From IMG/VR virus record IMGVR_UViG_3300005805_000089, positions 1 to 62,834 of that record: a stretch of DNA of 62,834 nucleotides; one strand, written 5' to 3'. A program made the translations under genes and the position numbers. The notes beneath the pieces are model-generated. The model saw nothing but the letters and a program-made list of their open reading frames with translations, was not told where the DNA came from and did no database searches. Source of the stretch: a virus. Taxonomy: Duplodnaviria > Caudoviricetes. Positions 1 to 9,157 of this stretch are shown here, piece by piece (the first letter of the stretch is position 1; every line of letters begins with the position of its first letter).

Positions 1-596
1 ACCATATAGTCTGTATCTTTAACTTCTGGTTCTGAATCATTTAATGAATTACCAAATGCTTCTTCTTTTTCTTCTTCTGAATCATCTTTGTTGTCTTCTG
101 GACCTTGTTCTGCATCATAGTCAGGCAACATTTTTAATGGTGGAAGTTCTGGACGATCGTTTGAAGGTAATGCCAATGGTGTAATTGCTGCTGGTTTTTC
201 TGGTTGATTGATCATGTCTGGATTAACTTTAGTCATTAGCTTCATTAATTCAGCGATATCATCTATACCTTGAGCATTTAAATTAATACTTACTGTTGGT
301 TTAGGACCATCATCGTTACTAACTGAATCCATAGGTGCTGGAGACATTGGGCATTCTTCTACTGATCCGTCTTCTTTAACTTTATATTTTTTACCGTCTA
401 CTTCAAATTCTTCTTGTCCCGCAGCTTTAGCTTTTTCTAAGGCTCCTGTAAACTCGTTACCTTCGTTTGGTTCTTCGGCAACTGGTGTAATTTCTGTTGC
501 TGGTTCATCTAAAATAGGTGCTTCCTGTTGGATAGTTGTTTCAGGAACCGGTTGATCTAGTTCCACCATTTTAGATAATAATTCTTGAAAATTCAT
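1..596 (-). CDS. Partial acidic, Pro-rich hypothetical protein running off the window start; possible head-associated protein
   Basis: ATG at 596 (MNFQELLSKMVELDQP...), open frame to the window edge; absent from the ORF track because no stop is included. Confidence 0.7.
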   Translation of the reverse strand, partial: MNFQELLSKMVELDQPVPETTIQQEAPILDEPATEITPVAEEPNEGNEFTGALEKAKAAGQEEFEVDGKKYKVKEDGSVEECPMSPAPMDSVSNDDGPKPTVSINLNAQGIDDIAELMKLMTKVNPDMINQPEKPAAITPLALPSNDRPELPPLKMLPDYDAEQGPEDNKDDSEEEKEEAFGNSLNDSEPEVKDTDYM

Positions 597-597
597 A

Positions 598-1161
598 TTA
601 ACTCCCTATGGCGCTTTTTGCACCTGCTTTGTCTTGTTTCGCCTTAGGCAGTTTATATTCAGTCTGCCCACCATCTTTTACTCGCTCTTTAGCTGCTTTC
701 GCTAAATCTTTTAAGAAACCCTTGTTAAAGTCATCACCAAAATAATCTTTGTGATTAATTTTTGGAGAATCTTTAAGCTGAACATCATTTAATACGGATT
801 CACCGCTAGGTTCAACTTGTGCTAAAATTTGTTCTTGTTCACTCGGTTCATTTGCTCCGCGAACACGAAAACATGATTCTGGAAGACCTGTTTCTCTAAG
901 ATCGTTAACAATTTCAGGAGCAGTAATTGGATATTCACACACTACTTCCCAAATAGTAACTGGCATATTTGGATGATCTGGAAAATCTAAAGGTAGGGCT
1001 TGTATCGGAGTTTCGGTTACTTTTTGGAATGTAGCAACTTTACAACGATCTAATTTTTCTTTTAGATTTTTCTCAAAATCCTCTGGCAAATCACCAGCAA
1101 CTTTAATCTTAAAGTTATAGACTTTTTTGCTTTCTGTAAGGTATTCTTTAAATGTCTTCAT
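598..1161 (-). CDS. Hypothetical protein, candidate internal head protein
   Basis: N-terminus MKTFKEYLTE resembles the T4 internal-protein capsid targeting sequence; late-type element CTAAATA 7 nt upstream of ATG. Confidence 0.55.
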   Translation of the reverse strand: MKTFKEYLTESKKVYNFKIKVAGDLPEDFEKNLKEKLDRCKVATFQKVTETPIQALPLDFPDHPNMPVTIWEVVCEYPITAPEIVNDLRETGLPESCFRVRGANEPSEQEQILAQVEPSGESVLNDVQLKDSPKINHKDYFGDDFNKGFLKDLAKAAKERVKDGGQTEYKLPKAKQDKAGAKSAIGS

Positions 1162-1171
1162 AGTATAATAT

Positions 1172-1675
1172 TTAGTCCTTTTGACCCAATTTCTTAAGTA
1201 GTTCGTTTCGATCCGTAATTACATAACCAGTTCCATTTACAATATCATTTGGATCATCTGGTTGATCTTTATCCATTTTAAGTTTTTTAAGTTGTAGATC
1301 TACAGCTTTTAATTTTTTATCTAACTTGGCAGTTTTGGCATTAATAGCATTTCCAAGCATACTTGACGCTACTTCAAAGATACGTCCACTATATCGCACT
1401 TCAACATTCATACCTAGATCCATTAGATCATCGTAGGCTTTTTCTGCTTTATCTGCTAAATGATCAAGTTCTTTATCATCAAGATCATTTAATTCTTGTA
1501 TCTGAGGTAATGTGCTGGTAATACGCTGTATTTCTCTACTGGTTTTTTCAATATTATCAACAGCTTCATGTGTAGGTGATTCTACAGCCGGAGGTTCTTC
1601 TACAATAGGAGCAGGCTCTACATTGGTCGGTGAAGTACTTTCTAAATTAAATAAATCTTCTAATTTTTTCGTCAT
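1172..1675 (-). CDS. gp16: Probable terminase small subunit (T4 gp16-like)
   Basis: Helical hairpin ...RYSGRIFEVASSMLGNAINAKTAKLDKKLKAVDLQLKKLK and C-terminal TDRNELLKKL resemble T4-like gp16; start moved to MTKKLE at 1675 to avoid overlap with gp4. Confidence 0.6.
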   Translation of the reverse strand: MTKKLEDLFNLESTSPTNVEPAPIVEEPPAVESPTHEAVDNIEKTSREIQRITSTLPQIQELNDLDDKELDHLADKAEKAYDDLMDLGMNVEVRYSGRIFEVASSMLGNAINAKTAKLDKKLKAVDLQLKKLKMDKDQPDDPNDIVNGTGYVITDRNELLKKLGQKD

Positions 1676-1682
1676 ACTATAC

Positions 1683-2123
1683 TTATTTCCGTTTGCCACC
1701 TTTATGAAAAATTTCATCCTCGCCAACTACACGGAATCTAATACCTTGTTGTTTACACCATTTGTTAGCGGCTTCCCACTTGGCCATATTTTTAACATAC
1801 TGTTGTTGATTATATTGGCTCTTGCCTACTTTTTCTAACAGCGTGTGATTGCTAGGTTTAACTTCTACAACCTCTGCATGTTTCTTTTTGTCTTTATCAA
1901 CATATACGATAAAAAAATCAGGAACATATATAGTCTGTTTGCCAGTTAGCGGATCTCTATAAGGAATTTGTATACTTTCACTGGCCCAATTCTGTACACC
2001 TTCGTGTTCATCAAGCATTCTCATAAAAACAAATTCCCACGAGCTGCGAGCTAATGGTGTTTTCTTTCCGACATATTTGTCAGGGTTTTTCATTTCAAAT
2101 CTACCCTGTGCAAATTTAACCAT
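1683..2123 (-). CDS. gp4: Head completion nuclease (T4 gp4-like, TnsA-type PD-(D/E)xK)
   Basis: NPDKYVG...RSSWEFVFM...WASE.IQIPY.DP...YVPDFF...VEVKP motifs. Confidence 0.88.
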   Translation of the reverse strand: MVKFAQGRFEMKNPDKYVGKKTPLARSSWEFVFMRMLDEHEGVQNWASESIQIPYRDPLTGKQTIYVPDFFIVYVDKDKKKHAEVVEVKPSNHTLLEKVGKSQYNQQQYVKNMAKWEAANKWCKQQGIRFRVVGEDEIFHKGGKRK

Positions 2124-2488
2124 TACGCTGATATGTTTCTAGTTTGATTTGGTTTAACGTCGTCGGTTCTAAAACCAAGTGCTGATGTTGGAACTCTATT
2201 ATTATTCAACACTTCACCGACTACTTGACTTAATTCAAGACCGTCTAACGATTTTAGAGTATCTAGAATTTTAAATACAGGAGTACCATCAATTTTAGCC
2301 TGTTTCAGTAGAACCGTAGCTACTACCAGAGCGGCATCTTCATCAAACCCCTTGGATGTGAAAAATGCTATAGATGAATCAACATCACTAGCTGCAAATT
2401 CCAAAGGAGTTTTGCCGTAGGTATCAAAAAATAATTTGGTACCTGCTGCACTATCTTGTATTTGAGTTACGGGTAAATTATTGGCCAT
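2123..2488 (-). CDS. Hypothetical protein
   Basis: 121-aa ORF tightly coupled between the tube-like gene and gp4. Confidence 0.7.
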   Translation of the reverse strand: MANNLPVTQIQDSAAGTKLFFDTYGKTPLEFAASDVDSSIAFFTSKGFDEDAALVVATVLLKQAKIDGTPVFKILDTLKSLDGLELSQVVGEVLNNNRVPTSALGFRTDDVKPNQTRNISA

Positions 2489-2489
2489 A

Positions 2490-3563
2490 TTATTGAGTTA
2501 AATTTTTCTGTGTTGCTGTTGTTATCTGAGTGTTGTCGGAACTCTTAGGAAATACCGCGCCGACTATTCCGCCTACAGTTGATACTCCTGTAGAAATGGC
2601 TTGGGGATTACTTAAAATATTAATAGCTTCTGCTTTTAAATCTGATTTGTTTAAATCTTTAAAGTTCTTGTAGGTGTTTACGGTTTTAATAGCAGTACCT
2701 AAGAAACCACCAAAGCTATCAAATGTTGTGCCACCAGACACATCACCAAATATACTTTCTAATCCTTCTAATACACCGCCTGGGCCTAATAATGTTGCTG
2801 TACCTCCACCCGCTACTGATAATGGACTTGGTACTAGATCATAATGTAATGTGGCAAAGCCTTTGGGATTATTAATAGTAACATTGCCTGCAGAATATTT
2901 AACTGCTTCATATTCTAATGTCATTGAGCTTTCGATAGTATCACCTTCTGCATAAGATACATTACCATGATTCCAAGATTTAATTCTTGGATTAACTAGG
3001 GTATACCCTAAAAATCTTCTACGACTCATAGTGTAGATACTAATTGATTTAAAGAATGGTACTGATACATTATTATCCATACCATAACGGAAATTATCTA
3101 ACGGAGTCTTAGTAGGGCGAAGATGGTTAGCATTGTAAGCAGATGTTGGCAAATGTCTATCTGCTACATAATATCCATAATACACAGCCCACATGGCATT
3201 TATGATGCCTTGATTATCATCGTGCATTGTGATGTTAACAGGATCATAATTAATCTGTTTGTAAATTATTTTCTTTCTATTGTATTGATTTTTAACAACA
3301 CTGTCAAAACTAAATTTTGGTAAATCTGCTGATTTTACTAACAGCCCAACTTCATTACTATGTTTAGCTGTAAAAGATGGGGCTTTATGTGCTGTTGGAT
3401 CTATTTCAAATCTAGCATAAAATAAGAATTTAGATCTAGGTGATAATCGATAGGTATTATCTATGAACAAGCGTGTGGCATGCTGCCAGTTAGATACCAA
3501 CCCTTTGGGATTTACTAATCCTGTAGCGAATCCGTTTAGAAATCTAGTGAATTTATTAGCCAT
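2490..3563 (-). CDS. Tail tube-like baseplate/tube initiator protein (gp54/gp48-like)
   Basis: gp19-fold motifs (LVKSADLPKF, NQYNRK, YDPVNITMHDD, YTLVNPRIKSWNH, MTLEYE); lies immediately downstream of the tube gene. Confidence 0.7.
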   Translation of the reverse strand: MANKFTRFLNGFATGLVNPKGLVSNWQHATRLFIDNTYRLSPRSKFLFYARFEIDPTAHKAPSFTAKHSNEVGLLVKSADLPKFSFDSVVKNQYNRKKIIYKQINYDPVNITMHDDNQGIINAMWAVYYGYYVADRHLPTSAYNANHLRPTKTPLDNFRYGMDNNVSVPFFKSISIYTMSRRRFLGYTLVNPRIKSWNHGNVSYAEGDTIESSMTLEYEAVKYSAGNVTINNPKGFATLHYDLVPSPLSVAGGGTATLLGPGGVLEGLESIFGDVSGGTTFDSFGGFLGTAIKTVNTYKNFKDLNKSDLKAEAINILSNPQAISTGVSTVGGIVGAVFPKSSDNTQITTATQKNLTQ

Positions 3564-3567
3564 ACAA

Positions 3568-3574
3568 TATTTAT
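3568..3574 (-). promoter_or_regulatory. T4-type late promoter element ATAAATA
   Basis: ATAAATA 4 nt upstream of ATG at 3563. Confidence 0.65.
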
Positions 3575-3579
3575 GCCAT

Positions 3580-3610
3580 AAAAAAACCCGGAATAATCCG
3601 GGTTCTTTTT
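3580..3610 (-). terminator. Intrinsic terminator after the tail tube gene
   Basis: AACCCGGA-loop-TCCGGGTT hairpin with U-tracts on both sides. Confidence 0.8.
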
Positions 3611-3623
3611 ATTATTGGCTGTA

Positions 3624-4274
3624 TTAGCCTTGTGTGCCTAATGCGCCTGTTACTGCTTGAGTTGCTACCTGACGACCAACTGCTGCGCCAATACCACCTT
3701 CTAAGCTGGTAGTAGTTTTCTCTGCACCCCATTGTTCCATATTATCAAAACGGATTGTAAGTGCTACAGTTGCTGGTTCGTTAGTTGCATAGTTCAAATC
3801 ACCGTAATCAGCGTTCTGTACAAAGCAACCATAACAGTTGATTGTTTCAAGAACTCTTGGTGCTAGGTTAGCATTACCACCGTCTAATACTTCGATACGT
3901 GTTGTGAACTTGTAATCGATACCAGAACGTGCAGAAGCTTGTTCCATGAAATCAAATTGTTTCTGGATTTGTTGACCTACAAGTTTTTGTACTTCGCCAC
4001 TAGCATCATCACGTAATGTTAATGTTAGTGTTTCGAATGTATACTTACCTGCTAGGTATACTTTTGAGTTGTACACATCAAGTGTCATTTCTTCAAAAGC
4101 TACTTTTGGTCTTGTAACATCTGCTACTTGTTTTGTAAGCTCAGTTGCCGCAGCTACGCCAAAACCTAGTAGAGTAACTCTAAAGCGATATTTTAACTTT
4201 GGCATCAACAGCACTTGCGTTGCCGCTGCGCCGTTGGTTGGTACTGTAAAGTTATTTAATGAGGTAATTGGCAT
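3624..4274 (-). CDS. gp19: Tail tube protein
   Basis: PKLKYRFRV, VTRPKV, YLAGK, LTLRDD, YGDLNY, LTIRFD; directly follows the sheath gene. Confidence 0.88.
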   Translation of the reverse strand: MPITSLNNFTVPTNGAAATQVLLMPKLKYRFRVTLLGFGVAAATELTKQVADVTRPKVAFEEMTLDVYNSKVYLAGKYTFETLTLTLRDDASGEVQKLVGQQIQKQFDFMEQASARSGIDYKFTTRIEVLDGGNANLAPRVLETINCYGCFVQNADYGDLNYATNEPATVALTIRFDNMEQWGAEKTTTSLEGGIGAAVGRQVATQAVTGALGTQG

Positions 4275-4276
4275 TT

Positions 4277-7200
4277 TTAAATTTCTCCTGTGTTTCTGAC
4301 ACGCAATGGAATGTAAATGAATTCAACTGCCTTGACTGGTTCAATAGCTATATCAACCCAGAGCTCATTGCGATCAATTCTTGCTGATGTGTTGTTAGTT
4401 TCATCACAAACAACTGCGAAGTCATAAAGTGCTCTTAAACCTACAAGTTCGAGTAATAAACTTTCAACTGCTTGTTTGATTTCGTCACGTGTAATCTTAT
4501 CATTTGGTTCAAAGATATATGGACGAGCAAGTTTATTCAATTGACTACGTAAGTAAACAACTAAACGAGCTACGTTAATACGATCTAAAGCACTTGCATT
4601 TCTTGCACGAGTTTTTTGACCATAATTAACTAATCCAACACCATTAAAGAATGTAATTGGATTAACTTTTAAGTCATACAACGTATCACGTTGTCCTTCA
4701 TTTAGTGACACTGTTTGGAACTCACCTGTTGATGCTTGGATATAACCAACTGCTGTTGCGTTAGTAATACCGCCACGTCTTGTACCTGCTGGTGCAAACC
4801 ATGGATATGTAGCATTGTCGCTTAGAGCGATTGTTTTCAACATCATGTGTGATGCTGGAACAACAGCGTTAGTACCACCTAGATCTGTTGTGAAACCGTT
4901 TGGATAGAATACAGCTGAGTATTCATCGTAAGTTACAATACCTTGATCACCATTATCTGTTACTAGAGCAGCGTTTGTACCCCAGTTAGTTAATGTTGTA
5001 GCATCGCTAGCTAAACGTAATGGTGTATCACCAACTACGAATGCTGTAATACCACGGTCGATATTTAAGTTAACTAAGTTGCTTAACAATTCTGGATATC
5101 CAGGAGCAGCAATTAAGTTAAAGTTACGGCGTTCTTCGTCACGGATTTCTTCTGAAGTGTCAACAGCACTCTTCATAGCAGCAACAACAACTGCTCGTTG
5201 TGCTTTACGTAAGAATGATCCTGAACCATCTTCGTTATTCGGACTTGCTGTTACCCAACGATCAGTAGCATATGAACCCATAGTTTCGCCAGCTAGCCAA
5301 CCTAATCCTGCTGGAGATTGGTTAATATCGTATCTTGCGTTTTCAAGTGTAGTATCGATATAGTTGTTACGGTATTTTTTAACATTGCCACTGCTTCTAC
5401 GTAAGTTCCATAACAACATACCTTTTGGATATAAGTCTGGATCTGGAGCATCTGGGTCTAGATAATTACTGTCTAACAAGTCAGCGATACTTGCTGCTGT
5501 ATTGCCTGTTAAACCACTTAACCCATAACGTGCATCAGCAAATAAAATGCCATCTTCTGTTGTTTGATCAGCTTTGTCGATCAAGTACCAACCTTCTTCG
5601 TCTGCACCTTTATATTGGTAACGATATAATGTTGGATAGTTTTCTAAGTCAGCAGTGCTAACCCATAGATCGTTATTTTCAAGTGCTGTAGTACCGTCAC
5701 TTTGTGTTGTTGGTGCTGTAGCACTTACAATTGGACCATTTGCATCTGTACCTGAATAAGGACTGCCTGTGGCTTTTAATCCTACCCATGTAAACCCATT
5801 ATGCACCATGATATCAACTTCACCTGGTGAAGCATTGTACCATAGTTGGCCATCTGCTGGCTCGTTTAATGGACTATCTGTGCTTACAGTAAGATCTTCG
5901 TTTGCTAATGGTTTCCAATTAGTTACGAAATAATCGTAATCTGCACCTGCTGGAGCAGCGTACCAGTTTGTTGTTCCTGTTTTAGCATAGATGTTATATG
6001 TACCACCAAAGATAGAACCAAATAACCCACCTGTGCTGTCTGTAATTCTAATTGTTCCACCTGCTGAATGTGTTAACGTAAACACGCTGTTAACTACGGA
6101 TGCTGAAACATATTTCAATCCAGAACCTAATTGTGCATTGTAAGCTGCATCATTAATTGCTTTTGCAACTTTTTCTAAGTCAGCAACTACTGATCCAGTA
6201 CTACCAGTTAATGAAGCTGTTGAAACTGTAACAGTTTCTAATCCATTAACCCCTGTTTGTGATTCGCTGATTGTAAATGTTTGTATACCAGATGTTACTG
6301 ATGTAGCAGTATTAGTAACTGCTGTAGCACCTTTAACTGCTCGTCTCCAAACACGGAAAGTTGCTGAACCTGGATCTTCTCTGTCACCACTGTATTCTTC
6401 AGCGTTTGTTTGTACAAAAAGTGAACCAACGTTGATGTTAGCACCGCCACCTGAGCGATCTAAAAAGTATTCAGCTGAGTAAATGCTTGAATATAATGGA
6501 GCTGTTACAGTTACCCAAGTTTCTGAAGCTGAATTCCATTGCTTGATACTCCAACGAGATCCTAGATTAGGTTCTGTTGTTTTAATCCAAACACTACCTG
6601 TTGGACGTGGGGCAGAATCACTTGATTTAAATGCTGGAATTTGTGTATGTGGAGTTTGTTGTAATCTTGGGCCATAGAATGTAGCTGAAGTAGCTGTGTA
6701 ATTAGCACCTAAGTTAATACCTAGATTGTTCCAATTACCAGTACCGTTTTCTAATACAACAGCTTCTGAAAGTGTTGAGTCACCTTCGTCTACACCTTTA
6801 GTATAAACATATAATTTGCCATTGATAACTTCAGCAAAAATTCCTGTACCCGGATCAGCAGGCGAAACAGCAGGTGATGCTAATTTAAGATTAATATCAG
6901 CTGCTAATGCTGTTAAAATTGCTGTACCTGTACCACTACCGCTAACTGATACTCCATTGATCAAATATGTTTGACCAGTTAAATATCCTGCAGGAGATCT
7001 TGATGAATAAGCTGTTGGGTGGCTACCTGTCCATGCTGTACTACCTAATAGTACCCAAGCACCAGTAAGATTAGCACTACCTGTAATTTTAGCTTGTTTG
7101 TAGAAGAATCTAGCATTTTCTTTAACTGCGCTGCCTGTTTCAAATACAACAGCATAATCACCTTCTACACCAACTGATGTTTTAGGAAAATGTGTTCCTG

Positions 7201-7741
7201 AATCAATTTTTGTAGAATCATCATCTGTTAAAACAATTGGAGTTTTAGCTGTGAATTTTTGACCACCAACTGTGTCTGCGCTAGCACCATTCCACTCTTG
7301 GATACCCCAAGAAGTTGCTGCTGCGTCTACCCACCAATCACCATTGTCTGGCAATGCTCCCGGAGCAGTTGATGAAGCTTCTAATTCTGTTAAATCTACA
7401 TCAGCACGCACGATAAACGCTGCGTTGCTAACTCCAAGTAAACTGTAAGCTGCTAATAGACCATACTCGTTTCTTTCTGAACCGTGTATTGGACTTGATG
7501 AAGCTGTCTTCTCAAAATATGGCACGCCAAAAAGGTCTACTAGATCTCTTTGACTAGTAACCTTAAATGCTTTGCCAGCATTTGCTTTAGTAGTTGATGC
7601 AGCAGTACCTGTGCCTGATGCATTTGTTTTGTCTTGTCCTGTAGCTACAACGATAAGTGGAGTTGTACCAGGTTCAGCTGGTGTATAAAAACTCTCATCT
7701 ATTACCGTTACTTCTACGCCGGGCGATTGTAGTGTTGCCAT
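4277..7741 (-). CDS. gp18: Tail sheath protein with large inserted domains
   Basis: N-terminal SPGVEVTVIDES; C-terminal PWFAPAGTRRG, LYDLKVNPI, GQKT, ALDRINVARL, FEPND, VVCDETNNT, IEPVKAVEFIYIP. Confidence 0.96.
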   Translation of the reverse strand: MATLQSPGVEVTVIDESFYTPAEPGTTPLIVVATGQDKTNASGTGTAASTTKANAGKAFKVTSQRDLVDLFGVPYFEKTASSSPIHGSERNEYGLLAAYSLLGVSNAAFIVRADVDLTELEASSTAPGALPDNGDWWVDAAATSWGIQEWNGASADTVGGQKFTAKTPIVLTDDDSTKIDSGTHFPKTSVGVEGDYAVVFETGSAVKENARFFYKQAKITGSANLTGAWVLLGSTAWTGSHPTAYSSRSPAGYLTGQTYLINGVSVSGSGTGTAILTALAADINLKLASPAVSPADPGTGIFAEVINGKLYVYTKGVDEGDSTLSEAVVLENGTGNWNNLGINLGANYTATSATFYGPRLQQTPHTQIPAFKSSDSAPRPTGSVWIKTTEPNLGSRWSIKQWNSASETWVTVTAPLYSSIYSAEYFLDRSGGGANINVGSLFVQTNAEEYSGDREDPGSATFRVWRRAVKGATAVTNTATSVTSGIQTFTISESQTGVNGLETVTVSTASLTGSTGSVVADLEKVAKAINDAAYNAQLGSGLKYVSASVVNSVFTLTHSAGGTIRITDSTGGLFGSIFGGTYNIYAKTGTTNWYAAPAGADYDYFVTNWKPLANEDLTVSTDSPLNEPADGQLWYNASPGEVDIMVHNGFTWVGLKATGSPYSGTDANGPIVSATAPTTQSDGTTALENNDLWVSTADLENYPTLYRYQYKGADEEGWYLIDKADQTTEDGILFADARYGLSGLTGNTAASIADLLDSNYLDPDAPDPDLYPKGMLLWNLRRSSGNVKKYRNNYIDTTLENARYDINQSPAGLGWLAGETMGSYATDRWVTASPNNEDGSGSFLRKAQRAVVVAAMKSAVDTSEEIRDEERRNFNLIAAPGYPELLSNLVNLNIDRGITAFVVGDTPLRLASDATTLTNWGTNAALVTDNGDQGIVTYDEYSAVFYPNGFTTDLGGTNAVVPASHMMLKTIALSDNATYPWFAPAGTRRGGITNATAVGYIQASTGEFQTVSLNEGQRDTLYDLKVNPITFFNGVGLVNYGQKTRARNASALDRINVARLVVYLRSQLNKLARPYIFEPNDKITRDEIKQAVESLLLELVGLRALYDFAVVCDETNNTSARIDRNELWVDIAIEPVKAVEFIYIPLRVRNTGEI

Positions 7742-7776
7742 TCGCTGTTCTCCTGGTGATAAAGTCTTTCTAAAAG

Positions 7777-7783
7777 TATTTAT
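7777..7783 (-). promoter_or_regulatory. Late promoter element for the sheath/tube operon
   Basis: ATAAATA upstream of an AGGAG SD and ATG at 7741. Confidence 0.65.
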
Positions 7784-7840
7784 CGTAATGTCTAAAAAAA
7801 CAACACTTTGATAAAGGGGGTGGAAAGGTGTAAATACCTT

Positions 7841-8176
7841 ATGCGACCATTATGTAAATGCGGTTTAAGACCCCGTGCGATAAACTATAAGAAAGGTAAT
7901 AGGACCTACTATCGTAGCCTCTGTGAGATATGTCTTGCTCACGGACTATATCATGGTATACCTAGATGGCAACGTGCTGGTTACAAAACAAAAAATATTT
8001 GTGATAAATGTGGATTTAAGAGTCCACATAAAGAAGTGTTTAGGGTATTTCATGTGGATGGAAATCTAGATAACTGTAGATTTACCAATCTAAAAACTGT
8101 TTGTGCGAACTGCTGCCAGGTATTAGCTAAAGAAGGAATTGCGTGGAAACAAGGGGATCTTATAGCAGACTTTTAA
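7841..8176 (+). CDS. Zn-binding HNH-like protein
   Basis: CxC and CxxC pairs and FHVDGNLDN...NLKTVCANC; start moved to MRPLCKC at 7841, behind GTAAATA. Confidence 0.7.
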   Translation: MRPLCKCGLRPRAINYKKGNRTYYRSLCEICLAHGLYHGIPRWQRAGYKTKNICDKCGFKSPHKEVFRVFHVDGNLDNCRFTNLKTVCANCCQVLAKEGIAWKQGDLIADF

Positions 8177-8771
8177 TCTGCTGATATAGATCTTCAATAG
8201 TTCCGTTATTATCTAAGATAGCATCGAATTCGTGTCCTATCCAAGACCACTCACTAGCGTGTATTTTTGCTGATTTAAGGCCATTGAGGGCTATATTAGA
8301 ACCTCTATTAGCTTCTAATGCTAGATCATACCAACTAGGTAACTCACCTCTTTGAACCCAGATTATTTTTCCGCCTAGCTTTTTAATACTATCTATTTCA
8401 TTAGGAAAACGACAATCACTAACAACGATGCTATCTTTGCTATTACGTAACTTATTTTCTAAACTAGCAATCCAGATATCATCATGAAAACTTCTACGAC
8501 CTACTTCTGTACCCCAATATTGTAGTACCCATCTAGGAGTTAATGTAGGCATTGCTAACCGTTCTGCCCACCACAGATCAACTTCTTCTCTCCACTCACG
8601 TGCTTCTTTGGTGCGTCCTTCTAGCATGGTTCGGTCCCAGCCAAAGACTGCTGCTACAGCATCTTTAAGTGTGCTAGCAAATGACTCGCGCCTAAATTCG
8701 TGAAAGTTAACTAGATAGTCAGCGACTGTATCTTTGCCGCTGCCAATAAATCCGCATACACCTACGATCAT
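8160..8771 (-). CDS. gp1: Deoxynucleoside monophosphate kinase (T4 gp1-like)
   Basis: P-loop GFIGSGKDT, SFASTLKD, TPRWVLQYWGTE, DCRFPNE, HASE, NNGT. Confidence 0.93.
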   Translation of the reverse strand: MIVGVCGFIGSGKDTVADYLVNFHEFRRESFASTLKDAVAAVFGWDRTMLEGRTKEAREWREEVDLWWAERLAMPTLTPRWVLQYWGTEVGRRSFHDDIWIASLENKLRNSKDSIVVSDCRFPNEIDSIKKLGGKIIWVQRGELPSWYDLALEANRGSNIALNGLKSAKIHASEWSWIGHEFDAILDNNGTIEDLYQQIKSLL

Positions 8772-8792
8772 AATTATCTCCTATATAAGACA

Positions 8793-8821
8793 ATTATACA
8801 ATAGATGCTATCAAAGGTCAA
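8793..8821 (-). promoter_or_regulatory. Sigma70-type promoter of the dNMP kinase gene
   Basis: TTGACC-17 nt-TATAAT, followed by an AGGAG SD. Confidence 0.75.
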
Positions 8822-8824
8822 ATA

Positions 8825-9157
8825 CTAATAGTAAGGTTTTGGTGTTTTTGGTTTACCAGTGTTCAATCGATTAGCCAATACACTGGCTGTATTAATTGAT
8901 TTTGTACGATCTGTTCTACGAGATGCTTGAACAGATGTTCTTGCTCTGGTAGTTTTCATACGCTGAGCTTTTGCAACGTTTATAGGAGTATGACATTTTG
9001 AGGGATGGCTAACCTGTCTACTTTTTCTTGGTCCACTGGTACAGCGAAACTTCAGTTTAGCCTGTCCAGTTCTGGCATTGTGTTTACCAACACCCCAAAC
9101 CATTTTAGCTTCGTAAAATTCTTCGTCAGATTCAAAAATAAATTCTTTGGCTTTCAT
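8825..9157 (-). CDS. Small basic hypothetical protein with acidic N-terminus
   Basis: MKAKEFIFESDEEFYEAK followed by a Lys/Arg-rich body; coupled to gp13. Confidence 0.65.
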   Translation of the reverse strand: MKAKEFIFESDEEFYEAKMVWGVGKHNARTGQAKLKFRCTSGPRKSRQVSHPSKCHTPINVAKAQRMKTTRARTSVQASRRTDRTKSINTASVLANRLNTGKPKTPKPYY

